From the NCBI GenBank assembly GCA_040954595.2, contig CM082578.2, positions 13,546,304 through 13,610,303 on the forward strand: a DNA stretch of 64,000 nt, written 5' to 3'. Source of the DNA: Balanoglossus misakiensis. Lineage: Eukaryota > Animalia > Hemichordata. The notes under the pieces are model-generated. The model searched no databases. It had not been told where the DNA came from and was given only the letters and a program-made list of their open reading frames with translations. Shown piece after piece: positions 1 through 11,036 of this stretch (within the stretch, counting starts at the first letter, position 1; every line of letters starts with the position of its first letter). The translations under genes and the position numbers were made by a program.

Positions 1-3000
1 TCATAAAGTTTGCAAAATCCTCATCAAAGGTGATGACGAACTGATGTGTGAAAACTAGACTAGACGCTGGCTGGATAACTATCTCTAGAGCGTCTCTGGC
101 GCTCTGTCCTGCTGAATCCCTGGCAAGCAGTAAGAACTCCACAGGTCGGCTACTGTAATCTTCATCAAGGGGTATTCCATAGATCATCTGTCTGTTGTCA
201 TCGTATTGAATCCAGGATGACTGTGGCAATGGCTCTCCAGACATGGTCAAGAGAACAAGTCTCAGATTGCTTGTGTCACCATCTTCCATGTCATAGAAAG
301 TGTCAGCTGGTATCAGGTGTTCAAGTACATGACCAACTCGCACCGTCAGCTGATCAATATGGTTTATCAGCATTGGTTTTCTGTCTATTGGTGCTGTGTG
401 GATAGAAACAGACATCATCATTAAACATCGTTAAAATCACATATTATCACTGGCAATATGTTTATTTCAGATCATGCCCTGTATACTATTTCGGGATATA
501 CAGGCTCCTTCAAGTTCAATACTATGTACATATACGTGTGGCTTGGCCAAATGTGACAGTAAGACTTTTCTGAAATAACAAATTCTGGGAATAGGTACTG
601 GGTATGTTTACCTTCTGTTGGTGGAATACTACTGGATATAACAATGCTAGACATGGTAGGTGTTGGAGTTGGTGTTACTGGTATTGCCATACTTGTACTG
701 ACAATGTCGGAAGTCACCAAGGAGCTGAATGTAAATATAGGTGATGAACTCTCAGATAGTATTGGTGTACTTGTAACATCAGATGAACTTAGAGTGATGT
801 GGGATGTTGTACTAGTGAACGGTGGTGAGCTGGTGGTGATCAGGAACACTTCTGAGCTTGACACAGCCATGTATGGAGTACTGGTCACAAGGACGGGCAA
901 ACTGGATGGTGTTGGGAGGCAGTCGTCAAAGAGGTTCAATGTCACCTTGATGATTTGGAACTGAGGAAGCAATGTGATGTTAAAGTTCTCCCGCGGAAAC
1001 CCTTCATCATCGGCCATCTGGTCATAGACTTGCATAATCCTGTCTTTATCACAATATGCCCCACTCAGTGAAGAATTATGGAATGTAAAAAAGATTGTAT
1101 CTGGTTCTACATAGTTATCGGATATTTCATCAACAACAACATCATCCAGATTTGGGTCACTGTAGAAGTCGAGAATATCCCTTGCAAGTTCGTATCTATT
1201 GCTGCCTTGCTGAAGAAACAGTGGATAAGTGAAGTCCAGCGACAGTACAAACTGGTGATTGATGGTTTCATTTGGATGTCGTGGGTTGATGTACACTGTG
1301 AAATCCGTGTTCACCGTCAGTCCTTCTGAATCAGTGGCAATCAGTCTGTACTTCGAAGGGGAAAGAGCAAGATGTTCCTGTAAGGGTATACCGTATATGA
1401 GTTGTGTGTTGCTGTCAAACTGAATCCAGGATTTGGAAGGCAAAGCGAATCCCGATGGTGTCTCTAATGACAGCTGTAGCCTGTCTGTCAAACCCTGTTC
1501 TGGATCATAGAATGTTCCAAGTGGGATGGAGAACTCCAAGATGTGTCCAACTGTAATCTCAATATCATCCATTGGAGTGAACACAACTGGTGGTTGATTG
1601 ATGTACTCTGAAAAATGATACACAACACATTTGTTAAGTTCTCATGTTATGAATATAAAATCTACTTTAAAGCAGAACAGACTGCATCACAAGTACATGC
1701 TACATCTAGAAGTCACTACAGTGATCATTAATGATTGTATATTATTATTACCTTACAGCGGAGTAAAAATTTAAATATCTGTACATTTCACTTTGCAAGA
1801 GTTTCAATTTCAAAGTGCATAAGAAGAGCTAATTCAAAACTCTTATGGAAAACAACACATCACCAAATGTCTGTAGTGAAAGGCTTTTGGGGTAAAAATT
1901 ATTACCTGGTGTGGTTGGTATGATGATAGCACTACTGGATATTGATATCTCGCTTGTGATGGCTGATGGGGAAGGTGATGGTACGACAGGAGAACTGGAT
2001 GGTTGACTTGATGTGATGAGAACTGGTGAGGAGCTGAACACAGGAGTTGAAGTCAGTGGGGGAGTCTCTGTACTTGAGAGGGGAGGTGTGCTAGTGATTA
2101 TCTCAGATGGGGTTGGAGTGATGAGGATTGGTGGTTCAACTGGGGAGCTCGTCACTGGCTGGCTGCTGGTGACCACAGGCAGGGTTGGGGTTGGTGAGTA
2201 GGAAGGGGAGGGGGAGGGAACGGGAGGGGAAGGTGAGGGAGAGGGAGATGGAGGTGAGGAACTGCTCATTGGCGGTACACTTGAGCTTTCTTCTGTGATT
2301 ACAGATGATGTTATAATCACAGGAGTGGATGAGAATGTTGATGGACTGGACAAAATAGGTGGTGAACTTGTGACAGGAGTGGGTGCGAGTTCAGAAGTGG
2401 TGAGAGGTACCACTGTAGTAGTTTCAATGGGAGTGACAACTGGAGATGGAGATGAGAATGATGATGACGGAAGTGGGGGGCTAGTTGTCACTGCACTAGA
2501 TGCTTCCATGGAACTGGTTTCAACTGCTGAGGATGTAACAATGTCCACTGCAGTTGTTGACACAATAAACTCCGGTGTTGAGGTCATCGGTACAGTCAAG
2601 TCTGGCGTTAAAGATGGTAATAAGGTTGTTGAAAACTCAGGACTACTTCTGCGGGGCGAAGATGGCGTCTCCAAGACAGGAGAGCTACTTGTAACAGCAG
2701 CAACTGTGGATGTCACAGGAAGTGGTATAGTCCTTGTAGTAAATGGAATAGTCTCTGTTGATGTAATGCTCTGTGTAACGCTTGAAGTTGTTTCGATTGT
2801 AGAACTCGATGTTACCATTATTGTGGATGTGGTCGGCACAAACACACTGGGAGTACTAGCAGTAACTGTGGGTGTTGGTAAAGGGGTACCGGCAAGACCT
2901 GCCTGAATCTGTCTTTTCCTACGCACAGCTGCAGTCTCTGTGATCTTTTCTGACGACACATGCCAACCGATGACGGGAAATCCAGTCACACTTGTAAGGC

Positions 3001-4096
3001 GACCACTCTTGCTATTGTGTTCTATCACCATGGAGAAATCATTGACTTTCTTGAACACACCACAACTAAGAGTCCATGAGATCTCTATGCCCCATGCATT
3101 ACGAAGAACGTTCTTGGGATCAGCATTTCCCGGACCTGCGGCTAAAACGGTGTTGTCAAGCAACTTTCCCACCGCGGAACTTCTCCTGGTAGCAAGAGTC
3201 AAGGCATTCGCATCTAAGGCCAGGAAATCAGCTAACTTTTGAAGCAAACTAACTCTCTGACCACCGGTGAGCTCACTCAGATCACTGTCTAAAACTATTG
3301 TGGCAAAAGTCCTTGGTGTTCCCAGACTGCATGTCTTTGGTACTACCTTCCCTTTAGGAAGTTCTTCGTCTCCTTTTCCTACACTCTTCAGAGGAACTGC
3401 TTTCACTGGATTTAAGGGTGATGCCGCATGTGTTGCTGTTGTCTCCTCATCAAATAGTCTGACGTCAAGTAGAAAGACATCAGTCACAGTGATTGTGTTC
3501 TGTCCATCTTTGATATGGGCAGTCACACTGATGTATGTATAGCCTTCATCTGTGGTGACTGGAACCCCTTGCAAAGTGTCAGTTTTATTATCAAATTCCA
3601 GCCATTTGGGAAGAGTACTGCTACCTGCCTCTGTGATCTGTGGGGTGAAACAGATAAAGGAACAGGTTTACAACAGAGCATGTGAATCAGGCTGCAACTG
3701 CAGAGTGGTCAGATAACTCTGTTTGATCCCACTAATATTGTCTATTTGTTGCATTTTGTTGGTATAATTTTAAACTCTGAAACAGTCAATCACACTATTG
3801 AACTTATGCACTCTAACTCATCCTAGAACACAAGAGTGAAAATGGCCTATTACCAAAACTATACTGTGCAAATTCAATCTCCTCACCTTATAATGGATGA
3901 TGTTTCCTTTAAAAGCATCCTGTGGTAAAGTATACTGGAAGACCTTTCCAGCAACTGTGTGTATGTCTGGAAAGCCTTTAGAAACAAGTTCTGACGGTTC
4001 TCTTTCAATGCACTCTGAGCATACCAGTAAACAGTACCACACTGAAAGTACTAGCCATAGATGCAGCCTGGTGTGTGGTGATCCCAGTACGGGCAT
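1..4096 (-). CDS. DAG1: Dystroglycan-like protein (5' part; continues beyond left edge)
   Basis: Coding exons 3887-4096, 1906-3637, 612-1607 and <1-393 join in frame at GT-AG junctions (phases 0,1,1). Signal-peptide-like N-terminus MPVLGSPHTRLHLWLVLSVWYCLLVCSEC; cadherin-like (CADG) domain AGKVFQYTLPQDAFKG...LPKWLEFD...LQGVP; S6-like domain ending GFPVIGWHV; furin site RRKR-QI; long Ser/Thr/Pro mucin region; further CADG domains (FSIPLGTFYDPEQG...SWIQFDSNTQLIYGIP and HLIPADTFYDMEDGDT...SWIQYDDNRQMIYGIP). Confidence 0.88.
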
Positions 4097-4799
4097 GATG
4101 GTCAGCTGGGAAAAATACAAATGCTTGGCATATTTTTCAGTCAGTGGAAAAGCTTGAGTAGTTTGGTTATCTGTGGGTGAAATGAAAAGAAATACTGTAC
4201 GTGAACTTCAGAAAAGTTATGATTGAACTGCGTTATTTTATTACATCAACAACAGTAAAAGTAAATGGGCCAGCCAAGTGTTAGCTAATTACCCCTATTA
4301 GTATTGTTTGTGTAGAACACTATTGTTCTACACAAGCCTGATGAAGCCTGTGATATGGGGTAGCACCCCCTCCCCCACCCCAGTATAAAACAATTAAAAA
4401 CCGGCAGACGACAGTGAGAACAAAATTATCACACAGAATCGTGCCAACGCAAAGTTGTTTTAAAATTACCTACAGTTTAACATTACTCGGTGGTAATTAG
4501 CTCGATGTTTGTCCAATACAGGTAAGACGATCCATACTACAGACCTTTAAAACACGTCCAGACATGAAATAAAATTCTCAAAGGAACTGATTGCCCTTAG
4601 AAATTGGACCTCATAACATTTAAATGCCACAGCATTGAAAATATTTCGAAAATACACCATGGTTCATATTTTGTTATTATATCGAGTGTATACAGATAAA
4701 AAGACCACACCTAAACGTCAGTGACTCACATCTCACATCAATGCAGTACGTTCATTGACAGTAACACTGTTGATATTCAATACTAAGTTTCTGGTATGT

Positions 4800-5000
4800 G
4801 TACATTGCACACACATTCACTTTCACTGAAAACGGTAAGCGATCGGCGACATTTCGATGCGAGGTATACGGCGCTTTCCGATACCTTTGCCGCCAAAAAT
4901 CAAATGCATACATCTTATATCATGACTTCCGTCCCATATCAGCAATTTGACAGCTTAATAGAGATGAATGGCAACAATATTTACCGTCTATCTGCAGGTG
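4800..5000. promoter_or_regulatory. Probable bidirectional promoter between dystroglycan (-) and SETMAR-like (+)
   Basis: CpG-rich patch in AT-rich surroundings between two divergent genes; ETS-like ACTTCCGT near 4925; candidate non-coding first-exon donors on each strand (about 4820 on -, 4998 on +). TSS not directly visible. Confidence 0.45.
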
Positions 5001-5477
5001 AAGGCTGGGCAACACTCAATCGCGTCGGTTACCTCAGTCAAGTATTGTTATCGCATTACCCACAATTCCACCGTCAACTTTGAAAGAAAGATATGGTCGA
5101 ATATTAGATATGTTGGGTGATTAAAATGTTGGACTTTTAAGCGGGGGAAGTGCGCGATGCACCTCGACACAGGCAACAAGCGTGCAATTTTATCATTAAA
5201 GTACACAATCACAATGTTGTCCTGAGCTCCCATCATGCTCTGCTTTATGGGAAAGCATTAATAAACAAACAAACTTTTCACGTCTGCTTCCCAACAACCT
5301 GGTAGGATTTCATAACAAGGCAGCTGCAGCTCTGTCGTGACCCAGTACACTTTTAAACTGCACATCTTGCATTCGTGTAATTATTTGTTAGATTTTGCCT
5401 GTGACGTGACTACCAAGTGAGGATTGAAGTGGTTTCATCATTTGTTGAACTTGAAGTATGCCACAAGCACATACAAC

Positions 5478-6542
5478 ATGGCAGACATATGCAATGGTGA
5501 AGAAAACAGTCCTGTTTATTTTGAAAACTATGTAGACAGTGAACCATTTCCAACAATAAAAGTAAGATATTATATTCATAATACTTTGTGATTGGAGTTG
5601 GCTTCATGATCTCATGATACTGTACTATGAACCAAGCATTTATTTTTCTTGGCTGTAGTAAATTGTCTTTCTTGTGTCTATATTTTTCAGTATACGCCAT
5701 TCAATCTAACAGGTCCAGAATGTGAAGATGATCCATGTGAAGTCATTTACACTGGATGTATGTGTCAGAATAAGTCATGTGCTGAAGACTGTCCTTGCAT
5801 TGCTAGATCTCTTGGGCCAAGTTATGATGAAAGTGGACGTCTTCTATCCAGTAGATATTCCAGGAACAAACCTATCCTTGAGTGCAATAGCCTTTGTAAA
5901 TGTAGTCAGTCTTGTTCGAACAGAGTTGTCCAGAATGGAATCAAGTTCAGATTAAAAGTTTTTCGAACAGAGCAGAAAGGATGGGGACTCAAAGCTCTTG
6001 AAACAATTCCCCCAAATCGATTTTTGTGTGAATATGCAGGTGAAGTCATAGGTTTTAGAGAAGCGTGCAGAAGAAGCTGTAAGATGTCCCAGGAAGACTC
6101 CAACTATATTCTTATTTTGAAAGAACATTTACAAGGAGGGAAAGTCCTGAAGACATGTGTTGATCCTTCCAGTACAGGCAACATAGGCCGCTACATCAAT
6201 CATTCCTGTGACCCAAATTTGTATATGGTTGCAGTGAGAGTAGACAATGAAGTTCCAAAGCTGGCTCTCTTTGCAAAACGTGAAATTTTGAACGAGGAAG
6301 AACTGAGTTTTGACTATGCTGGTGAGATTCATGAAACGGTGAGAGACCAAGAAAGTGCAGATGTTGGTGTTTTGAAGGGTCAAGAGAAATCCAGTGCATG
6401 TACCTCAAAGTCAGATAGGACATTTTATAAACCATGCTTCTGTAGGACCAGTAATTGCAGAGGTCGGTTGCCATTTGACAGAGATCTCTACTCAGAAATT
6501 CAAAATGCAAACACTGAACTCAAATCAAAACCCAGAGTATAA
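5478..6542 (+). CDS. SETMAR: SETMAR-like histone-lysine N-methyltransferase (pre-SET/SET/post-SET only), 311 aa
   Basis: Exons 5478-5561 (MADICNGEENSPV...PTIK) and 5691-6542 (YTPFNLTGP...). Cys-rich pre-SET (GCMC...CPC...ECNSLCKC...CSNRVVQNG), SET motifs KGWGL, FLCEYAGEV, GNIGRYINHSCDPN, EELSFDY, post-SET CFCRTSNCRGRLP. Neighbourhood with SUMF1 and ITPR supports orthology. Confidence 0.88.
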
Positions 6543-7374
6543 AGATAATGAACCTTGGGAGATTCTAAATGCCCTGGGATGAAGATATCTCCTGATATTG
6601 AAACTATGTAAAATGTGTGATTATTTGTTTATTTCTGCTTCTGGAAATAACAGGACTTTAAAGCTTAATTATGAATATAAAATTAATAAATGCAGCATTT
6701 CAACACAGTGATATTTCAACTATGGTCTATGATAATTAAAAGTACTGATTGTTTTACAACCTGTTCATTAACTAATGTCAATATTCTAAATCTACTTTCT
6801 GCAGATTGATTTCAGAAAGAGCTGGTCACACTGATACATGTAATGGCAAACGCATATAATGGAAAAGTTCAATATGTACATGTTTAAATTACACAAATCA
6901 AATTAACATGCAGTAAATTTCTCTCAGTAGCTGTAAATTTTGGAGACTATATGTTTGTTTATGTGTATTCACAGCCCTTCTAAGATTACAATTTTTGCTT
7001 TTACAGGAATATCCATTCCTAGAATTTCTTTACATTGGATAGTCCTGTACCAGGGTCAGCTAATTAATTCCATGAAAGTAGAAGCAAAAACCAACATCCT
7101 GTGTATCTTTATCTTACAAGTATTGATTGTCTGAAAGTTTTTTTATTAGTCTGAAATCCCATGCTATGTTTGACCACAAGTGTCAACGTGGGTTTCCCTT
7201 TAAGCTTACATTTGGCTGCCATGCATCCAGACCATTAACACACTGGTTTGATGAAGTCCCCACAATGAGAATACAATGTGCACACTTTAGGACATGGTGA
7301 TGCAAAATAGTATCATATACACAGGCCATGTCCACAAATCAGACAACCTGCCAGAAAATCACTTGATCACCAAT

Positions 7375-9418
7375 TTACTTGAAAAGTTTTGCAAACTTCC
7401 TGAGTTCATCTCTGTCTCGCTTTGCAGATTCATTAAACTTTGCTTGAATCAGAGTGTTAGAGATATGTGTAGCTGTGTATCCACCGCATGCGTAAATGTC
7501 GCCCTCAATCCTGTAATTCTGCTGTTTGTACTCAATCTCAAACCCACCCGCTGTGTAAATGTTGTCAATCATGCGATAATTTTCATGTTTATGTTCTATT
7601 TCCTTGACATTTCTGAATTTGGAAAGTGCAACCATGAAAATCTTCTTCACTCCACATGCGATAAGAAGACTGCGTAATGTTTCAAGGGTATTGCCATAGT
7701 TTATGTAATCATCTATGACACATACCACTCTCCCATGTAGTCGGTCTCTGATTGTGCAATGGGGATTGACATGAATTGACTGAAAATGCCTCTGAATGTA
7801 CTCTGTGCTCTGTCGATCTTCTGGTGAACAACATGGCGACTGAGAAATCTCCCGGCTGCGCACCAGAACCGGTTCTCGCTTGCCACCATTGGTCAGACTT
7901 CTGAGGTGTTCTTTCAATTCAACCAATCCATCGTCTAGTTTCTTGGAGGAGGAAGGAGCGATAATCCAGTCTTGTACCTCCTTGAATTCTGGTGTGTGGT
8001 GCATTGCTGTACAAATACAAAAACAGCACAGTGGACATGTTAAGACTTTTCTCTGGCTGCAAAACCTGTTATGCTAAAATGCACTTTTTTTGCTAAAATA
8101 AATTCAGTTTCACTGTTATTAATTTTCTTTTCATTATACTGCACAGTTGCTTTGGAGAACAGTGCATGCGCTATATCTATTCTATATTTACCTGCTAATA
8201 GTTGACATTTGAATGCCATCTTCATGGCAGGATCACCATCTTTAAGAACTTTCCGGAGTTCAGCAGTTGCATTGACTTCATCATTAACATGCCAGGTGCC
8301 ACCATAATGATTGGCTGAACACAGGGCAAATACAGTAGTTGGGATTGGCCCAGCTAAATCACACCTGGAAGAGATAAAGATAAGCAAGTTTTGAGGGTTA
8401 TCGACAGCAAGCAAGAGAAATTATTTTGAATCATTACTAAGGTGTCACAGACATCCCAATACAGAATTCACAGCCATAAGTCAACTCCAACAAGTGCATT
8501 GTTAGTGTTAAATTTTTGAAAATTATTGCACCAAAATATATTCAGTAAACCAAACCTACCTGTAATACCAATCAACTTGCTCATTAATATTCTTCAGTAT
8601 GCCACACAATCTACTGGGACTGCTTGCTGGAATGGCATATTTGGCAACTTTAATATCACAGTGGACCCATTTGGCAGCTAGAAAAATTAACTTGAACTGC
8701 GCTGCAACTTCCAGATCTCTATCTTGCACACCAATGATGGCCATAGTCTCAGAACCCCCAGAATACTCCTTGATGTACTCATGTAGTTGTTTTCCATAAG
8801 TCAGCATCTGAAACCTAGAGAAAAAACTCATAATGTACCAACCCAAAGCTGTATTGGGTTTTCCATGATTGGCCAATTTTCTTTCTTTTTTCTTAACAAG
8901 TAAACAACTTTTTTTATAAACACAATATAACAACCTAACAACCAGACAACCTGAGTAGTCAACGTTACAATCGCTGTGCTTGTATAGGTGGGTGTAGTAA
9001 TCTATTATTACACATTTGACAGTACTTGAAAATTGTCCTTGACAAATCGATTTTTGGTGTGCTGCTCAGCAACTATGTGTCCCCCTGTGGTGTCCCCCAA
9101 TTTAAAGGGGCTCCCAGGCATTGCAGTGGCAATATTTGTCAGGGCCAAAATAGTTAAATGTCACTATTTGCTATAAAATTGATTCTCCCATTGTATGCAC
9201 CCTGATGAGTGTATGTATCTAATATGTACTCACCTCCCATTCAGTTGTAGTTTCTTGTTGATCACAGACAGCAAACGGTCTGTGTTTTCACCTACTACCA
9301 GAAGCCGAAAATTTAGCTTCTCAAGTGCGTCGCACATTTTCCTCAGATCCTCAACAACTTCGACGTCGTTCCCGACGTCAAGCGCCCCAATGGAAAATAT
9401 CACTTTGTGTGAGCCCAT
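7375..9418 (-). CDS. Uncharacterised 414-aa protein: degenerate HAD-like N-terminal domain + type I phosphoribosyltransferase domain
   Basis: Exons 9234-9418, 8560-8814, 8192-8364 and 7375-8006 splice at canonical GT-AG sites (phases 2,2,1) into a stop-free 1245-nt ORF. PRPP-binding motif VVCVIDDYINYGNTLETLRSLL followed by GVKKIFMVALSK; HAD motif IV-like MAIIGVQDRDLEVAAQFKLIFLAAKW; possible polyA signal on - near 7142. Confidence 0.8.
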
Positions 9419-9419
9419 T

Positions 9420-9878
9420 GTACAAGATTGACACAAGTAACTGTTTGACAGTGAGACTCGGAGTCGGTGGCTAAAGTCTCAGCCTAGCCAATACAGTACG
9501 ACGCGAACGTCTGAGTCTGTTGTCTGTTTCTATGGTTGATGACCCCTTGACCTTGCGGTTATTCAGATGAGGATGTCGTCAATCCGGGTATTTGAAGGGC
9601 GCCACCAAAGCGAAATGCAGAGGATGGGTGATTCTCGGGGTACACGCTCACGATCACACAAACACGCTAGTTTATGATCAAGAAGTGTTTTTAATTAAAG
9701 CTGAATTTACCTTCAAACTTACAGGACGATGCATACTGCTATCTGCTAATATACTTAATACATTTTATATTTATCTTTAAAAAAATCAACGTTCGAGAAA
9801 GTAGAATACCACACATTCTTCAACACCCCCGTGATTTTGCTTTTGACCCCACGAAAACTGCAGCCTACTGCAAACAGC
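9420..9878. promoter_or_regulatory. Probable bidirectional promoter between HAD-PRTase gene (-) and METAP1 (+)
   Basis: 460 bp between divergent ATGs (9418 and 9879), CpG-rich, with a CCAAT (agccaat) near 9486. Confidence 0.45.
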
Positions 9879-11036
9879 ATGGCGGACGCCGATAGTGTGG
9901 ATATCTCGACGAGGACCTGTGAAACTATCAACTGTGAAAAGCCTGCACGACTTCAGTGCCCAACATGCATAAAGTTGGGAATCGACGGGTCCTTCTTCTG
10001 TTCTCAAAAATGCTTCAAGGGTAACTGGAACGAACATAAGAAGTTGCACAAGAAAGAGAAAGTTAAGAAGCAAGCCAATGATGCTAGCAAGCCCTACAAT
10101 CCATGGCCAGGGTACATTTTCACCGGAAAACTGAGACCTTTCCCGACCACTCCAAAGAGGGAAGTTCCCGGTCGTATACCGCGACCGGATTATGCCGATC
10201 ACCCAGAAGGTTATCCGGCGAGCGAAATGTCAATGCGAGGTAACACTCAGATAAAGCAGCTGGCGAAAAATGAAATCGACGCACTTCGAACGGCCTGTAC
10301 ATATGGGCGTGAAGTGCTTGATATTGCCGCCAAGACCATTGGCGTGGGGGTCACTGCCGACGAGATAGATCGAGTCGTTCACGAAGCATGCGTTGAAAGA
10401 GACTGTTACCCATCACCTCTCAACTATTACAATTTCCCCAAGTCGTGTTGCACATCGGTCAATGAGGTCATATGTCACGGCATTCCTGACACAAGACCAC
10501 TTGAGGAGGGTGACATCGTCAACGTTGACGTCACCGTGTGTCACAACGGTTACCATGGCGATTTGAACGAGACATTCTTTGTCGGCAAGGTGGATGAGAA
10601 GAGCAAACAGCTGGTGAAAGTGACTCATGAAAGTCTGATGCTTGCTATCAATGAGGTGAAACCTGGAGTGAGGTATCGGGAAATGGGCAACATCATCCAG
10701 AAACATGCCCAGGCTCATGGGTATTCTGTGGTGAAAACTTATTGTGGCCATGGCATACATAAGTTGTTCCATACTGCCCCCAGTATACCACATTATGCCA
10801 AAAATAAAGCCATCGGTGTGATGAAACCAGGCCACACCTTCACCATTGAACCAATGATATCGGAGGGAACCTGGAAAGATTTGACTTGGCCGGATAACTG
10901 GACAGCTGTAACCCAGGACGGAAGACGATCCGCTCAGTTTGAACACACCCTGCTTGTGACTGACACAGGCTGTGAAATTCTAACTCTGAGACAAGAAAGC
11001 AATGGCCAACCACATTTCATGGATGCTCTTGTGTAA
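9879..11036 (+). CDS. METAP1: Methionine aminopeptidase 1, intronless, 385 aa
   Basis: Single ORF from MADADSV; N-terminal zinc finger [17 protein letters not shown]...[19 protein letters not shown]; catalytic motifs [51 protein letters not shown]; AATAAA near 11083 and 11607. Confidence 0.96.
   Translation: MADADSVDISTRTCETINCEKPARLQCPTCIKLGIDGSFFCSQKCFKGNWNEHKKLHKKEKVKKQANDASKPYNPWPGYIFTGKLRPFPTTPKREVPGRIPRPDYADHPEGYPASEMSMRGNTQIKQLAKNEIDALRTACTYGREVLDIAAKTIGVGVTADEIDRVVHEACVERDCYPSPLNYYNFPKSCCTSVNEVICHGIPDTRPLEEGDIVNVDVTVCHNGYHGDLNETFFVGKVDEKSKQLVKVTHESLMLAINEVKPGVRYREMGNIIQKHAQAHGYSVVKTYCGHGIHKLFHTAPSIPHYAKNKAIGVMKPGHTFTIEPMISEGTWKDLTWPDNWTAVTQDGRRSAQFEHTLLVTDTGCEILTLRQESNGQPHFMDALV

Noticed and set aside
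644-3542. Long + strand ORFs rich in Val/Gly/Glu (644-964, 2013-2201, 2295-2906, 2940-3242, 3267-3542)
   Set aside because: Antisense shadows of dystroglycan exons, mostly the S/T/P mucin codons.
9786-10946. - strand ORFs of 138 and 177 aa
   Set aside because: Antisense to METAP1 with no recognisable motifs.
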